Of a stretch of 64,000 nucleotides of DNA, positions 50,704 to 61,095 are shown piece by piece (position 1 is the stretch's first letter; every line of letters starts with the position of its first letter). Position numbers and translations under genes: made by a program. Under the pieces are notes generated by a model that was given only the letters and a program-made list of their open reading frames with translations, made no database searches and was not told the DNA's origin. Location: contig NKIB01012477.1 of NCBI GenBank assembly GCA_002256025.1, positions 1 to 64,000 on the forward strand. The letters run 5' to 3'. The DNA comes from Asterionella formosa (lineage: Eukaryota).

Positions 50704-51029
50704 GTTGCCTTTGATCTGAGGTTGTGAGTTTCGATTCCCGAATTTTTTTCGAGAAGCAATTGAAGGGTTCGACTCCCACACTCCTTACCATGGTCCCACA
50801 CGGTCTTGCCTGGTGTGCAAGAAATAGTGGGTTCTTGCCCCTCTAAAAGCAGCTTGTGCCACCTTCCTAGGCGGTTGGAGTTTCCCCTAACGCTGCGTCT
50901 AAGACGATCATCTTTTGTGAAGGGTGGTTGGGGACTCACCTACGCTAACAAAACTAGGGAAGCACAGGTCTTGTTGGCAGGCAGCACAATGAATAATTGC
51001 CTTGAAAAAGGGGAGTAGGAATGGGCTAT
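50704..51029 (+). mobile_element. tRNA-related SINE-like repeat, copy C
   Basis: B-box-like sequences at 50728 and 50766. Retains CpGs lost in A and B. Shares the ggggagta..atgggctat tail with copy A. Confidence 0.65.
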
Positions 51030-51049
51030 ACAACAGATTGTCAGTTTTA

Positions 51050-52330
51050 AAACCCCAAGCAAGTTATGCTCTTGTTGGTGCTGTGAGCGACTAGATCCAC
51101 CATTTCAGGATATCCCCCCATCCATTTAGGGAAACGGCACCAAGCAAGCCAGGAGGGGTCGTCGATGTGTGACTGATGGGAAGATTGGCCATAGTAGCCT
51201 CATTATGAGCTTTGATGAGGAGTTCCATTTGGTGTTGGTAGCATGGCTGAGTTTGCGCCATATGGCTGTATGAAAGGTCTAGCCATCAGGGTAGTTAATC
51301 ACATGTTTAGCCATGATAGTATTGAGGAAGGTACGTAAGGACGCTTCGTCGCTGAAGAGGGAGTGGAAAGATCCAAAGCGGCAGGAGGTGTATGAGGTCG
51401 ACTTAGGCAGGTGGGCTTGCGAGATACCTGTTGAAGGAGCTATGATCTTGGATAATGTTGCAGGCTCCCAAAAAATACGTCGAAGCATCAATTTCTCCCA
51501 AGGGGTTGCTTAGGTTGGGGGTCCAAAGGGTGTTCAAGAGGCACTCCTTCACATCGTAGTCAGAGTATTCCTTTCTTAGCCCAAACAAACCATTAAATGC
51601 TGGATCATGGTAGTAGTCCTCCATAAAGCCGAACATTCCAGGGGGTATCAAACTTTGTCTGTAGCACCTCTTTTTATGTTGCATATCTTGGAGCTTTTTT
51701 ATTCCATCAATGACATACTGCCTAGCAGGTGGCTGGTGACACAATGCATCAGCCCATGCGAGGATGCCATCCTGGCTGGCATAGTTTGTGGCAGTCCACC
51801 AGCATGCGATCATGCATGATAGGTGTATCACTACAGGCGGACATAAGGATGCTGAAGATATTGGAATTGTTGGCCTTAAGTTGGCCAGAGGACAGTTGTA
51901 GCTCCGGAAAGGTGGTAAGACAGTGTTCACATTTGTGAGGATATACTAGCTAGCTATGTGGCAGCAAAGCTGCTGGTACTACTAGTGGTGGTGGCATGAC
52001 CACCACATTGAGTCATGAATAACTGGCCCTCAAATGCAGCTTGGAAGGTGGCAAAGGTTTAGTGTTGTCCATTCCAACAAATAGTTTTGTTGAGAAGGTT
52101 GTTTGGGGGATAACGCGGCTGAGGAAAGACAGTGCCACAATAGTGCTAGGGCTGTTGAGGCCAGTGAGTGATTGCTGGATGGCAATATCTTGGTTGATCA
52201 TTTCATTATCAATAAGGACATGTCATTGGATAGGAAGTGGTGGACAAGGGGGGGGGGGGGGGGGGGTGTTGGGGGGGGGGGGTGAGGGTGGTGTTGTGGC
52301 AGTGGAGGGTGGGTTTGGTTGTTGGTGACA
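51050..52330 (-). pseudogene. Decayed ORF of unknown (possibly retroelement gag/ORF1-like) origin
   Basis: Chain of overlapping minus-strand ORFs (51279-51491, 51403-51930, 52013-52201) with a Pro-rich poly-C start; CpG-poor. No diagnostic motif recognised. Confidence 0.3.
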
Positions 52331-52737
52331 GAAGGGTGTGGAACAATATCGTATCTTAGTCGTGAGAATGGTATGTGTATGTGGATCACAAAACAGCAAT
52401 TTTTTTATATTGCAAGTGGTACAACCTACAGCAGATGCATACCGGTAAGTATCGTATGATTTATAAATTTTCAATCTGTGTAATACCGGTCGTAATACTA
52501 CATGCCGGTAGCCTAATACTGGACCAGGTACCAGGTGCGGTAGTCTTGAAAATATGTGCCGATATGTATCTGTATGTTAGCACTTTCTTATAACATGAAT
52601 ACCGGTAATTGTGCCAGTGATGAAGGGAAGCATCAAAAATTCAGGGATCATTCTGTTTTTGTGAAAACGGAATGAAGGTGCTTCTTTGGTCCCTTCTTGA
52701 CTTGTCCACCTATTGATTCCTGATTTATTTATTTGAA

Positions 52738-55700
52738 ATGCTTGCAACATGGGATTTACGAAGCCCATCGTCGCCCCGGTCGCTCTGCGTTTATCCAGCC
52801 AGGGCCGAATCCGCTTCTTCCGGGAGCAATCCCTTTGATGTCGCTGTTGCTTCCAAGTCGCATGAGAAACACGACGCTGTTGCCGTCATATTTGGTACGG
52901 AACGAGGATCGATGCACTACCGGTGCTATAACAACGACCATGCAGACAACAAGACAGTGCAACCTCCTGTCGGCAGTTCTTCGCATTCAAATGCTCCCCG
53001 CGCTTTTTTGCCTGTTGAACTTTCCGGAGCTGCACTTGGAAATGTCATTAGTATCTTGCACGTCGCCCCCATGGCAACGCCTCCCGTATTTTTATTACTC
53101 GTTGACGACGGCAGAGGGAGCAACAGTGGCACTGGTGTCTACGGAACGCAAATGCTAGCTCTGCGGGCAGGGGGATTTTCCCCTGTGAAGAATACCTTGC
53201 CGAGAATGAACAGTGCAGCCTATCATCCTTTATGTGGTATAGTGTACGCAGCAGGCAAGTCACTCAAGAGCGTTGTACAAGAAGTCTGGAAAGAGGAGAA
53301 TCTGAGGAGAGCTCCTTCCGTTGTATTTGATTGCCTCCTACCCGCGCCTGGCTCGCGGTCGGGGCAAGATGCTTTAACCACAACTTTGCAAGGAAAAGTG
53401 GCAGTCGTGGCGGTTGGAAGTGCATTTTACGCCGTGGCGGGCCGGGATGCCCACGACGAAGAAGGAACACAAGAAGAACCAATCAAGTTGTTGTCCTTTT
53501 CTCAAGGGTCCCAAGTACATCCCATTATCGTCTTGGACGTGCAAGACGAGTCTCTGGCTCCTAATTGGGCTTGCATCGTTGTTGCATCCGGAAGGGAGTG
53601 CGCCTGTGTCGATATATTTTACAGCGGTAATGGAATGTCATCGTCTCCTCCTAGAAATGGCACTGTGACGGTGGCTTCGCCCATCTTGGCAGCGGAGTCC
53701 TCTTGGCCATGGGTGGCCGTCTTAACATCAGACGGTTTAATTAGTGTGAGGTCGCCCTCATGTCTGGCGATTCCACTCCGGACCATTGAGGTGGGTACGA
53801 GGCCGAATGATTTTTTCATCTTACGCAAGTTGGAAGACCAATACATTGCGTCAATTAGTTATTCAGGCGAGGGAAAATTGCTTGAACTGCAACCGGACAA
53901 ACCTCAGGATTTGGCTGATCGTTTAATGCGCCTGGCAATAGATGCCTTTGGGGCTAATGGATTTCCTCGAACAGAATTGGCAGAAGCTGTCCACGCAAGC
54001 TTTACATCTACCTCTTACGTAGGCCCAGAGGTAACATCACATGCGAGATCGTTGCTGAAGCAATATTTAGAAGCTGTTTTGGAACTGGCAGACTTTGAAT
54101 CTGGTGCCTCCAGTGTTTGGCCAACTGAAGAGTCGGCGGCTGCAATAAAGTCTAACGCTTCTGGTGCATTTGATAACTACGCTGATCAAAAGGGATCTAT
54201 TCAGCAACTACAGGTGGATGCGTCACCAACGTCAATTGTTTGCGGAACAGCTTTGTTGTGTTTAGTCTGTTCTCAAATGGCGGCGCCAAATGCAGCGCTC
54301 TGCAATAGAGCCGCCAAGGTTTGTTGCAATAAACTGGGAGTCGTCTTTGTTGGTGCGTCCATGACGATTGCAGCAGTCCGAGTCTGCGAGTCGGTGGCAG
54401 AGAAACTACTGCGACAAGCTTCTCAGACGTTTTCTCTGGTAAAGGGTTCATCGCCAGCTCCAATAGCATCGTCTCATCACAAAGGTTTCCACATGGACTT
54501 TTTAGAAGCTGCGGTTTGGTTGCTACGGAGCTGTGGTCGCCATGAACGAGCAATTGAAGTTCTCTTTGAACGCCTTAGTCAAAATACAGATGGCACCAAG
54601 TGGTCTCAGATTAAGTACGAATCCTACACCGCGACGCACTTGAGTGATTTGTGGACAAGTGGTGAAGAAGAAGGTTGTCGTCTGGTCTTACATTCGCCTA
54701 CCACGAGGCGCTTGTTGGAAACAAATCCTAATTTGGGTCTAAGTGTTTTTACTGCCAGCCATCCTCAAAATGAGAACCAATGGAAAGCAATGCTGGCTCG
54801 AGATGATCCTTTGGCCCATCCCACCTATCCACTTCAAGTGGTCGAATTGCTCAAGTCTGTTAACCCACCCATTCCTTTCGAGGCGACACTTGCTTACTAC
54901 GACGATTGTAAGGAGGAAATAGAAGTCACTTTCTTAAATGAAGGATTTGCGTCGCTGCCATTAGATTCTGGTCGCGCCCTTGCAGTTAGCTACTTGGAGT
55001 CCGCTGTGGGTATTTCGACAGGAAGACCAATCAGTGAAGGAGCATTCGATACCTTGAGAAAGGACGAAGGTTTTGAGGAGCGAGTTATTTCACTTCATGA
55101 TGAACTTTCCTACCTTCTAGTGGAGGGCATCATCTCAGAACGTGGTGACGACGATAAGGACGTTGACACACCATTGGGTCTGCTCTACCGAGGCAAGCTT
55201 CGTCGACTGTTGAGATGGCCTCTTGCCAAAGTTCGATCTGAGAAACTGTTAGCATCTTTGCCGTCATCGTTCTTGCAAGAACACGCCTTACTGCTTGGGC
55301 GCCTCGGTCGTCATGAAGATGCTCTTCGTATCCTGTATTGTGATTTGCAGAGCTTAGATCTTGCTTTGGCATATTGCGATGCTCGTCACAGTCGAGAACG
55401 TGCCAAAGGCGGAGGTAAATCCATTATTTCTTGCGCGTATTTGCCCCTGGTTCGTGTGGCCTTAGAATCTGATCCGGATACAGAACGTGGAACCAGGGCT
55501 GCAATCCAGGTTCTCGCGCTCCGTAGTGGTTCAATTGATCGGGCCGCTGCCCTTCGCCTTCTGCCCGAAACCGTTCCTGTGTCTGCTGTGGCTAGGCCGT
55601 TCCTTATCCCCGCATTGGTAGACAGCGAATCCGAAATTCGTCGATTGAAGGTCGTTGCTGCTCTGCTACGTGCCAAGTACGTTGCATTGAAGCAAAAATT

Positions 55701-56217
55701 GACGGATGCCCAAATTAAGTCTCAGTCCAATCTACAGGGGGTTGCTCAGCTGAAGCAGCTCAACTTGGGTGATCCACTCCATTCAACAAAGCCCTTCAAG
55801 GCGCGACCTGCGCATTCCGCATCTTCCACCTTTCCGGAAGTTACGATTGTGAAACATTTCTTTCTTCGGCATCTTGTTATCCAAGCAAAGGTTACCAACT
55901 CTTCTGCAACTGTAGATGGCCGAGCGCTAGGCGACGTTGCATTTGTCGTCGCTGAGTCGTCTGACGATGCAATCCAACCGTTGATGCAAGTTCCAATTAA
56001 GGCTCTGCCATTTCACTCGACAGGATCAGCATGGTGTGTGCTATCCGCATCTCCCGCTCGTATGGATGGTATGGCGCTTTTGACTTGCGAGCTCCGATAT
56101 ACTGTCTTAGCTGTTGATGCAACGACCGGGGCTCCATTAACTTTCGGCGGTGGAGCCGGCCGAACATATGTGGAGGAATTGCAGGATCTCGAGGCCCATG
56201 CTGGCCATTTTTCTTAA
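52738..56217 (+). CDS. Vps39/Vam6/TGFBRAP1-like tethering-complex protein with C-terminal gamma-COP-appendage-like domain
   Basis: 1159 aa. Beta-rich N-terminus, then clathrin-repeat-like YRGKLRRLL...LP.SFLQEHALLLGRLGRHEDALRILY.DL...LALAYC and AALRLLPETVPVSAVARPFL. C-terminal appendage-like domain. Confidence 0.85.
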   Translation: MLATWDLRSPSSPRSLCVYPARAESASSGSNPFDVAVASKSHEKHDAVAVIFGTERGSMHYRCYNNDHADNKTVQPPVGSSSHSNAPRAFLPVELSGAALGNVISILHVAPMATPPVFLLLVDDGRGSNSGTGVYGTQMLALRAGGFSPVKNTLPRMNSAAYHPLCGIVYAAGKSLKSVVQEVWKEENLRRAPSVVFDCLLPAPGSRSGQDALTTTLQGKVAVVAVGSAFYAVAGRDAHDEEGTQEEPIKLLSFSQGSQVHPIIVLDVQDESLAPNWACIVVASGRECACVDIFYSGNGMSSSPPRNGTVTVASPILAAESSWPWVAVLTSDGLISVRSPSCLAIPLRTIEVGTRPNDFFILRKLEDQYIASISYSGEGKLLELQPDKPQDLADRLMRLAIDAFGANGFPRTELAEAVHASFTSTSYVGPEVTSHARSLLKQYLEAVLELADFESGASSVWPTEESAAAIKSNASGAFDNYADQKGSIQQLQVDASPTSIVCGTALLCLVCSQMAAPNAALCNRAAKVCCNKLGVVFVGASMTIAAVRVCESVAEKLLRQASQTFSLVKGSSPAPIASSHHKGFHMDFLEAAVWLLRSCGRHERAIEVLFERLSQNTDGTKWSQIKYESYTATHLSDLWTSGEEEGCRLVLHSPTTRRLLETNPNLGLSVFTASHPQNENQWKAMLARDDPLAHPTYPLQVVELLKSVNPPIPFEATLAYYDDCKEEIEVTFLNEGFASLPLDSGRALAVSYLESAVGISTGRPISEGAFDTLRKDEGFEERVISLHDELSYLLVEGIISERGDDDKDVDTPLGLLYRGKLRRLLRWPLAKVRSEKLLASLPSSFLQEHALLLGRLGRHEDALRILYCDLQSLDLALAYCDARHSRERAKGGGKSIISCAYLPLVRVALESDPDTERGTRAAIQVLALRSGSIDRAAALRLLPETVPVSAVARPFLIPALVDSESEIRRLKVVAALLRAKYVALKQKLTDAQIKSQSNLQGVAQLKQLNLGDPLHSTKPFKARPAHSASSTFPEVTIVKHFFLRHLVIQAKVTNSSATVDGRALGDVAFVVAESSDDAIQPLMQVPIKALPFHSTGSAWCVLSASPARMDGMALLTCELRYTVLAVDATTGAPLTFGGGAGRTYVEELQDLEAHAGHFS

Positions 56218-56313
56218 AGAATGCCGTGCACATCGACCTGTTTATCAGCTATAAACCCGAAAACATTGTTTTGGCAAGTTCGGTTCTAATAATTACATGA
56301 TAAGCATCAAGGT

Positions 56314-59300
56314 TTAGTGTACTTTTTGTTTTTTGGCCTCTCGTTCGGCAGCAAACGATTCAACATGCACAGCTTCGTCTTCGACAACATCGTCCTCCAT
56401 CATATCCTCCACACCATCATCAGTCACTTGGTCGTCTGAAATTCTGGTGTCTTCAACACCTTGCATCGTCATTAAATCCTGGTCCGGCTCCACGTGAGCA
56501 AAATAGCACGCCCTATCTTCCGAGGAATATTGAATGCGGTAGAAAGCATTCTCGACTACATTTAAACAATGAGACCGAAGTTTAACAGGGTCCTTTTCGA
56601 TTGCAAAATCAAAAAGCGTAAGCAACACATTGTCACGGGACACTCGAAGGAGAGCGTCAACGCACTTTTCGACAAGCTTCGGAATGATTGTAAGCTGTGC
56701 GACCTTGTTCCTTGTAGTCCTTCGGCAATACCGCTCAAAATCAATTTCACTCATGTCGCTTGTCAGGCACTTTTTGGCAGTCAATAAATAGGAGGGGTAG
56801 TCGTAAGTCTTTGTGTCCTTTTTCTTGTCATCGTCTTTCTTTTCAACATCCATGACATCAGGCTCCTTTCTTTCCCCTTGGATACTTTCCCTTGAGTTCG
56901 ACAAGATCTGAACCAACAAGCAATACAGACGTAGGAATCGATAAACACTTTCATTTGCAAAAAAAGTAATAAACCGACTGTCGAGTTCGACTCCCGACGA
57001 AGGCAGACTAGGGTTGCTCTTCAAAACCTTCATTTTACCGTTGTCGCGAACAAAACGGTCCTGACCAGATTTATGGAGGACGTAGAGAATAGACTCGGGC
57101 CGTAAGAAGGCCCCGCCACGAATTGTCACAAAGGGAAGTTTAATCTTGTACCGAAGACCAGCCTTTACATTCCCTTCAATAACTTCTTCGATCAACCCTT
57201 CGCCATAAGCAGTCATGACTGACTGCCCAATAGCATAGCGAACCACAGATGACGACTTATTTTCACGGATACTATCGCGAAGCTCGTTCAACACCCAATG
57301 CACAGGGTAGCCAAACATTGGTACCATAAATTCAGCCCATATTCTGGCAATGTATTCTTTCTCAGGACTTGGCTTAGTATCGCTGGACACAATTGACACT
57401 TGAGTTGCTAAAAGGTGATAGGCGTCCTTGTGGGACATTCCGTTGTCTATTTCAACGCGTAAGTGAGGTTGGAAAATCATGGTGCCGTTATCTATGGTCC
57501 CACTGAGAAAAGTTGGACGAAAATCGCGCGTTGAAACTTCAGAGGCTAAATGACTTTGATCCTTGAGAAATGTTCCAGCAGACTTGCACTCTCGTCGCAA
57601 ATGGCGCTCGTCGAAACTCTTTTCGAGATCCTTCTTGTACTCAAAGCAGGTAGCATCCATACAACCTTCGTAGTTGCTTTCGTAGACTGCATTCCACTTC
57701 TTGGACATGTCCAACTTCACTTTTCTCCACTCGGCATCTTTTTGACTTAGGCGCTGATACACAATTGGAAGCACGGCAACTGGGTTGCGCATCAAATGTT
57801 GAAGGACTTCATCGCCGCTATCACCGTACAGGCGAGCAATTGCATTGACTTGCGCACAATTGAGCTGACGACTTCGAAGCTTGTAATGCATACGGCCAAT
57901 AGGCTGACCATCTTTTTCTTCGCACTCTCGCAACTGAGTCACTTCTTCAGCCATGGGTTCAACTTGACGCATGGCATTTGCATTACGCTCGATTGCCATA
58001 TCAACTTCATAGCGCTCGTCTTCAATCCGAAACATAGTTTCCTCATAAGGATTATTCCGCTCACAAGGTCCGTCATAATCTTCCGGCGAAGACATCATTG
58101 CGGCTCGTTGAGGCTTTGGAGCCACACAAACAACTTCGCTGTTCAAAACAGACGCATCCGACTCTGTCTGACCGGAATGACTGTCAAGAATATTCTGAGG
58201 GTAGTCGTTTGGAAGACTACGATACGATGGCGTAATCTTCTCACTGTGAGAAAAGTCAAAGTCCCGCACCTGTAGCCCTCCATATTTGGAACTATTTTTG
58301 ATGGCATTTTCTTGGTTGGCAAAATGTCCGCGTCCAACAAGAACTTCTTCGAACTCACGAAGGAGTTCTTGTGCATCATTGGCAACCGCAGGGTTGCAAG
58401 CTCCACCACCGGCATTGACGCCACTCTTGGGAGCATGTCCTTGCATCAAAAGACCTCGCAACAATGCGACAAGTTCTTCCTTATTCAATATGTTCGCCCC
58501 AAACAAATGCAGGCACTTGAGAAACTCAGTATACGGCGTGTGACGACGAGAACCAGGTGGTTTGTCTGGAGCCAATTCCTTGCGCTTCAAATGTAGCTTG
58601 GCTCGCTCAAAAAAAGCTGCTTCAGCCGTGGTTGGCTGTATTGGAAGCTCAGGGACGGTCTGGGGCCGTCCATTCTTTGTAGCAGCAGCTGCCGGCGACA
58701 ATTCCTTCCGACGTGGTGGACGAACAGCAGCAAACGACACACTTCCGTAGATTGAAGACCGACAAATTTCACGTTCCCGCTCGTCTGAGCGTCCCTGAGT
58801 TGCTCCGAAAGGAATCGGCGCTGGGATAGCACTGCAACTGCCTTGCTGTGACTGCACTGGTGTTGGTTGACGTGGACGTGGCACCACCGCTGCTGCAACT
58901 GCCTGAGGCTGCATACCTTGGGCAGTTTGCATTATTGCTTGTTTGGCGGCTTTGGAACGGATCTTGGCCTCAGCCTCCTTAGCAACCTGGTCCAATTGCG
59001 CTTTTGCTTGCGCCTGTACGGCATCGGGAAGGAAATATGTAAATTCTTTCAGCAAATCGGGATGCTCAGCAAACAAGACGGAAACTTCATCCAAAACTTC
59101 TTTAATCCCACGCTGTTCCTTTTGGTAGGTATGGAGAATTTCAAGAAACTTCTTGTATGTATCTGGTTCCGTTGCAAAGCGACGCTTGATCGTCGTGACA
59201 TAATTAATTGCATGATCAAACTCGACTGGAGGTTGGGACGCCGCTTCTGAGGATGAAATTTGTTGCTCTTGTTGCTGTGGGGGGAGGGGAGCCCTTGTAT

Positions 59301-59964
59301 CTGTGCGAGCATCCGAGGAAAATTCCACACCCACTTGTTGTGGAATTCTCCCTACAAGACGAGGAGCTCCTGGCTGTTGTCGAGGTGGTCCTGGTGGTAT
59401 AGGACGACGCGGTTGTTGTTGTTGCTGCTGCTGCTGAGCATGTGGTTGTTGCTGTGTCTGTTGTTGCATCGAAGGACGCTGCTGTTGAATGTGCTGCTGG
59501 TGATGCTGCTGAAATCCAGGTTGGTCAGCAACCATACCAGCCCCGCTCTGAGTGTGCTGTTGAGAAGGAGGCGGATGAGCCGCAAACTTGAATTCCATTT
59601 GCTGTGGGGCAACTGTGGCCCTCGACCCTGCAGGGTTCTCGGGAGGAGGTGGTCCAGCCAAAATATGAGTCACTCCTGGTTGACCGGGGACGCGGTAGAC
59701 AGCCACTGGAATGCCATCCCCGTCAATTGGCAATTCAATTTTGTATCCTTCTGGGAGAAAGGTGTTGAACCCTAGAACCAACTTTTTGTTTCCTTGGAAC
59801 AAAGTGGAGACACGACGAATGACTCCGGGCGTATCAATCTGTTGGGTTTTGAACGTCTTCATGATATCCAAAAACTCATTGTAAATGTGAGGGCGGTCCC
59901 CAAACTCCACCTTGACCTGGTCAAGATAGAGGAGGGCATCCTCTACCCTCAGTTCTCGCATCAT
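56314..59964 (-). CDS. SIN3: Sin3 paired amphipathic helix corepressor
   Basis: PAH1 (VEDALLYLDQVKVEF...YNEFLDIMK.FK...LGFNTFLP.GY), PAH2 (EFDHAINYV..IK.RF), PAH3, and the HDAC-interaction domain (TPSYR.LP..Y, NPYEE.MFRIEDERYEVDM.IE.N). Confidence 0.95.
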   Translation of the reverse strand: MMRELRVEDALLYLDQVKVEFGDRPHIYNEFLDIMKTFKTQQIDTPGVIRRVSTLFQGNKKLVLGFNTFLPEGYKIELPIDGDGIPVAVYRVPGQPGVTHILAGPPPPENPAGSRATVAPQQMEFKFAAHPPPSQQHTQSGAGMVADQPGFQQHHQQHIQQQRPSMQQQTQQQPHAQQQQQQQQPRRPIPPGPPRQQPGAPRLVGRIPQQVGVEFSSDARTDTRAPLPPQQQEQQISSSEAASQPPVEFDHAINYVTTIKRRFATEPDTYKKFLEILHTYQKEQRGIKEVLDEVSVLFAEHPDLLKEFTYFLPDAVQAQAKAQLDQVAKEAEAKIRSKAAKQAIMQTAQGMQPQAVAAAVVPRPRQPTPVQSQQGSCSAIPAPIPFGATQGRSDEREREICRSSIYGSVSFAAVRPPRRKELSPAAAATKNGRPQTVPELPIQPTTAEAAFFERAKLHLKRKELAPDKPPGSRRHTPYTEFLKCLHLFGANILNKEELVALLRGLLMQGHAPKSGVNAGGGACNPAVANDAQELLREFEEVLVGRGHFANQENAIKNSSKYGGLQVRDFDFSHSEKITPSYRSLPNDYPQNILDSHSGQTESDASVLNSEVVCVAPKPQRAAMMSSPEDYDGPCERNNPYEETMFRIEDERYEVDMAIERNANAMRQVEPMAEEVTQLRECEEKDGQPIGRMHYKLRSRQLNCAQVNAIARLYGDSGDEVLQHLMRNPVAVLPIVYQRLSQKDAEWRKVKLDMSKKWNAVYESNYEGCMDATCFEYKKDLEKSFDERHLRRECKSAGTFLKDQSHLASEVSTRDFRPTFLSGTIDNGTMIFQPHLRVEIDNGMSHKDAYHLLATQVSIVSSDTKPSPEKEYIARIWAEFMVPMFGYPVHWVLNELRDSIRENKSSSVVRYAIGQSVMTAYGEGLIEEVIEGNVKAGLRYKIKLPFVTIRGGAFLRPESILYVLHKSGQDRFVRDNGKMKVLKSNPSLPSSGVELDSRFITFFANESVYRFLRLYCLLVQILSNSRESIQGERKEPDVMDVEKKDDDKKKDTKTYDYPSYLLTAKKCLTSDMSEIDFERYCRRTTRNKVAQLTIIPKLVEKCVDALLRVSRDNVLLTLFDFAIEKDPVKLRSHCLNVVENAFYRIQYSSEDRACYFAHVEPDQDLMTMQGVEDTRISDDQVTDDGVEDMMEDDVVEDEAVHVESFAAEREAKKQKVH

Positions 59965-60724
59965 TTTCGCAACAAGTGTTGGCTGCAAAGGTGAAAAGCA
60001 TGAAGAAAGTGAGACGACATGTATTTTGGGCAAAATGTAAAAAACCTGATGGACAAAATAGTTTGAGGCGACAGGGACACTCTTGACGTCATCAATAGGA
60101 AGTGTGCCTAAAAGTAGTTCCGGGGAGTGTGATGAATCGAATCAACGATCTGATGAATACCAACACGGCAGTAATAGCTCTGGATGTTTGGCGCTGGAAC
60201 TGCATGTCTCCTGGACGAGAAGCGGGTCTATGATTCAAGTATTAAGCACTCGCAGAGCCTCACAGGGGGTCCACTGCAACGGCAACTCGCTAACGGTCGT
60301 CACTTCGTCAAACGCTATATCGGAGGTAACATCATTTTCCGTCAATGCAGATTTCTTCCCGTATGTAGAAATGTACTAATTCCTATTTTTAACCAACCCG
60401 GACGACCAAAATCTCAACTATCGTCAACGACGCTATCTTGGAATGTCAACCCGAACGATTCCGGACGCAATGTCGCTCTTTCTTTTCACGAAACGCTTCA
60501 GTACAGTCAAGCCAGAGTCTGTAGCGACTTTCAGCTCTCCAATCGATCCGCACCCTCCGCTAGACCACTTCGGCTTACCACTTGAGTGCAAAATTCAACA
60601 ATTTCCGTGAATGACTTGCAGCACCGCCTTTCGGAATGCTCTGTGCGCGTTTCCAGTTGCGCGTTGGCTCACGAGTAACTGTGGACTCACCTCGCCAGAT
60701 ACTAACTATGGCTGCACCGATGGT

Positions 60725-60995
60725 AACTGATACCAGTAACAGGTACCTGGTTCTGCTTACAGGATCTTACGTCCTGTACATTATATAAAGATATATTTAT
60801 ATATATATACCGGTATAAAGCATTTATGTTGCACAAGGTACCAGTACCATGGTACCACATACCTGGTATACCACTACCTGGTACCACATGACATGTGTGA
60901 TTTATAGAAACAAAAACACTGTTTGGTTTTGGTCGACGGTTCGACGGTTCGACGGTTAGCACTGGCCTTTTTATATACCGGTATGTAGCACCGGA
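60725..60995. promoter_or_regulatory. Divergent Sin3/Nudix promoter region rich in TACC(A/G/T)GGTA and GGTACC palindromes
   Basis: Many ggtacc, taccggta and tacctggta motifs, plus a short tcgacggt x3 repeat at ~60931-60957. Confidence 0.5.
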
Positions 60996-61095
60996 CTCAC
61001 AGCCAATCACAATAATTTATATAATTGAATCAAAGACAAAAAGTGCTCAAAGGACAGATCCTGTCTGGGACCAGAAGAAGCTTGCTTTCCGTTCC

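Noticed and set aside
60083..60585. ORFs upstream of Sin3
   Set aside because: No recognisable domain; more likely 5' UTR, intron or promoter sequence.
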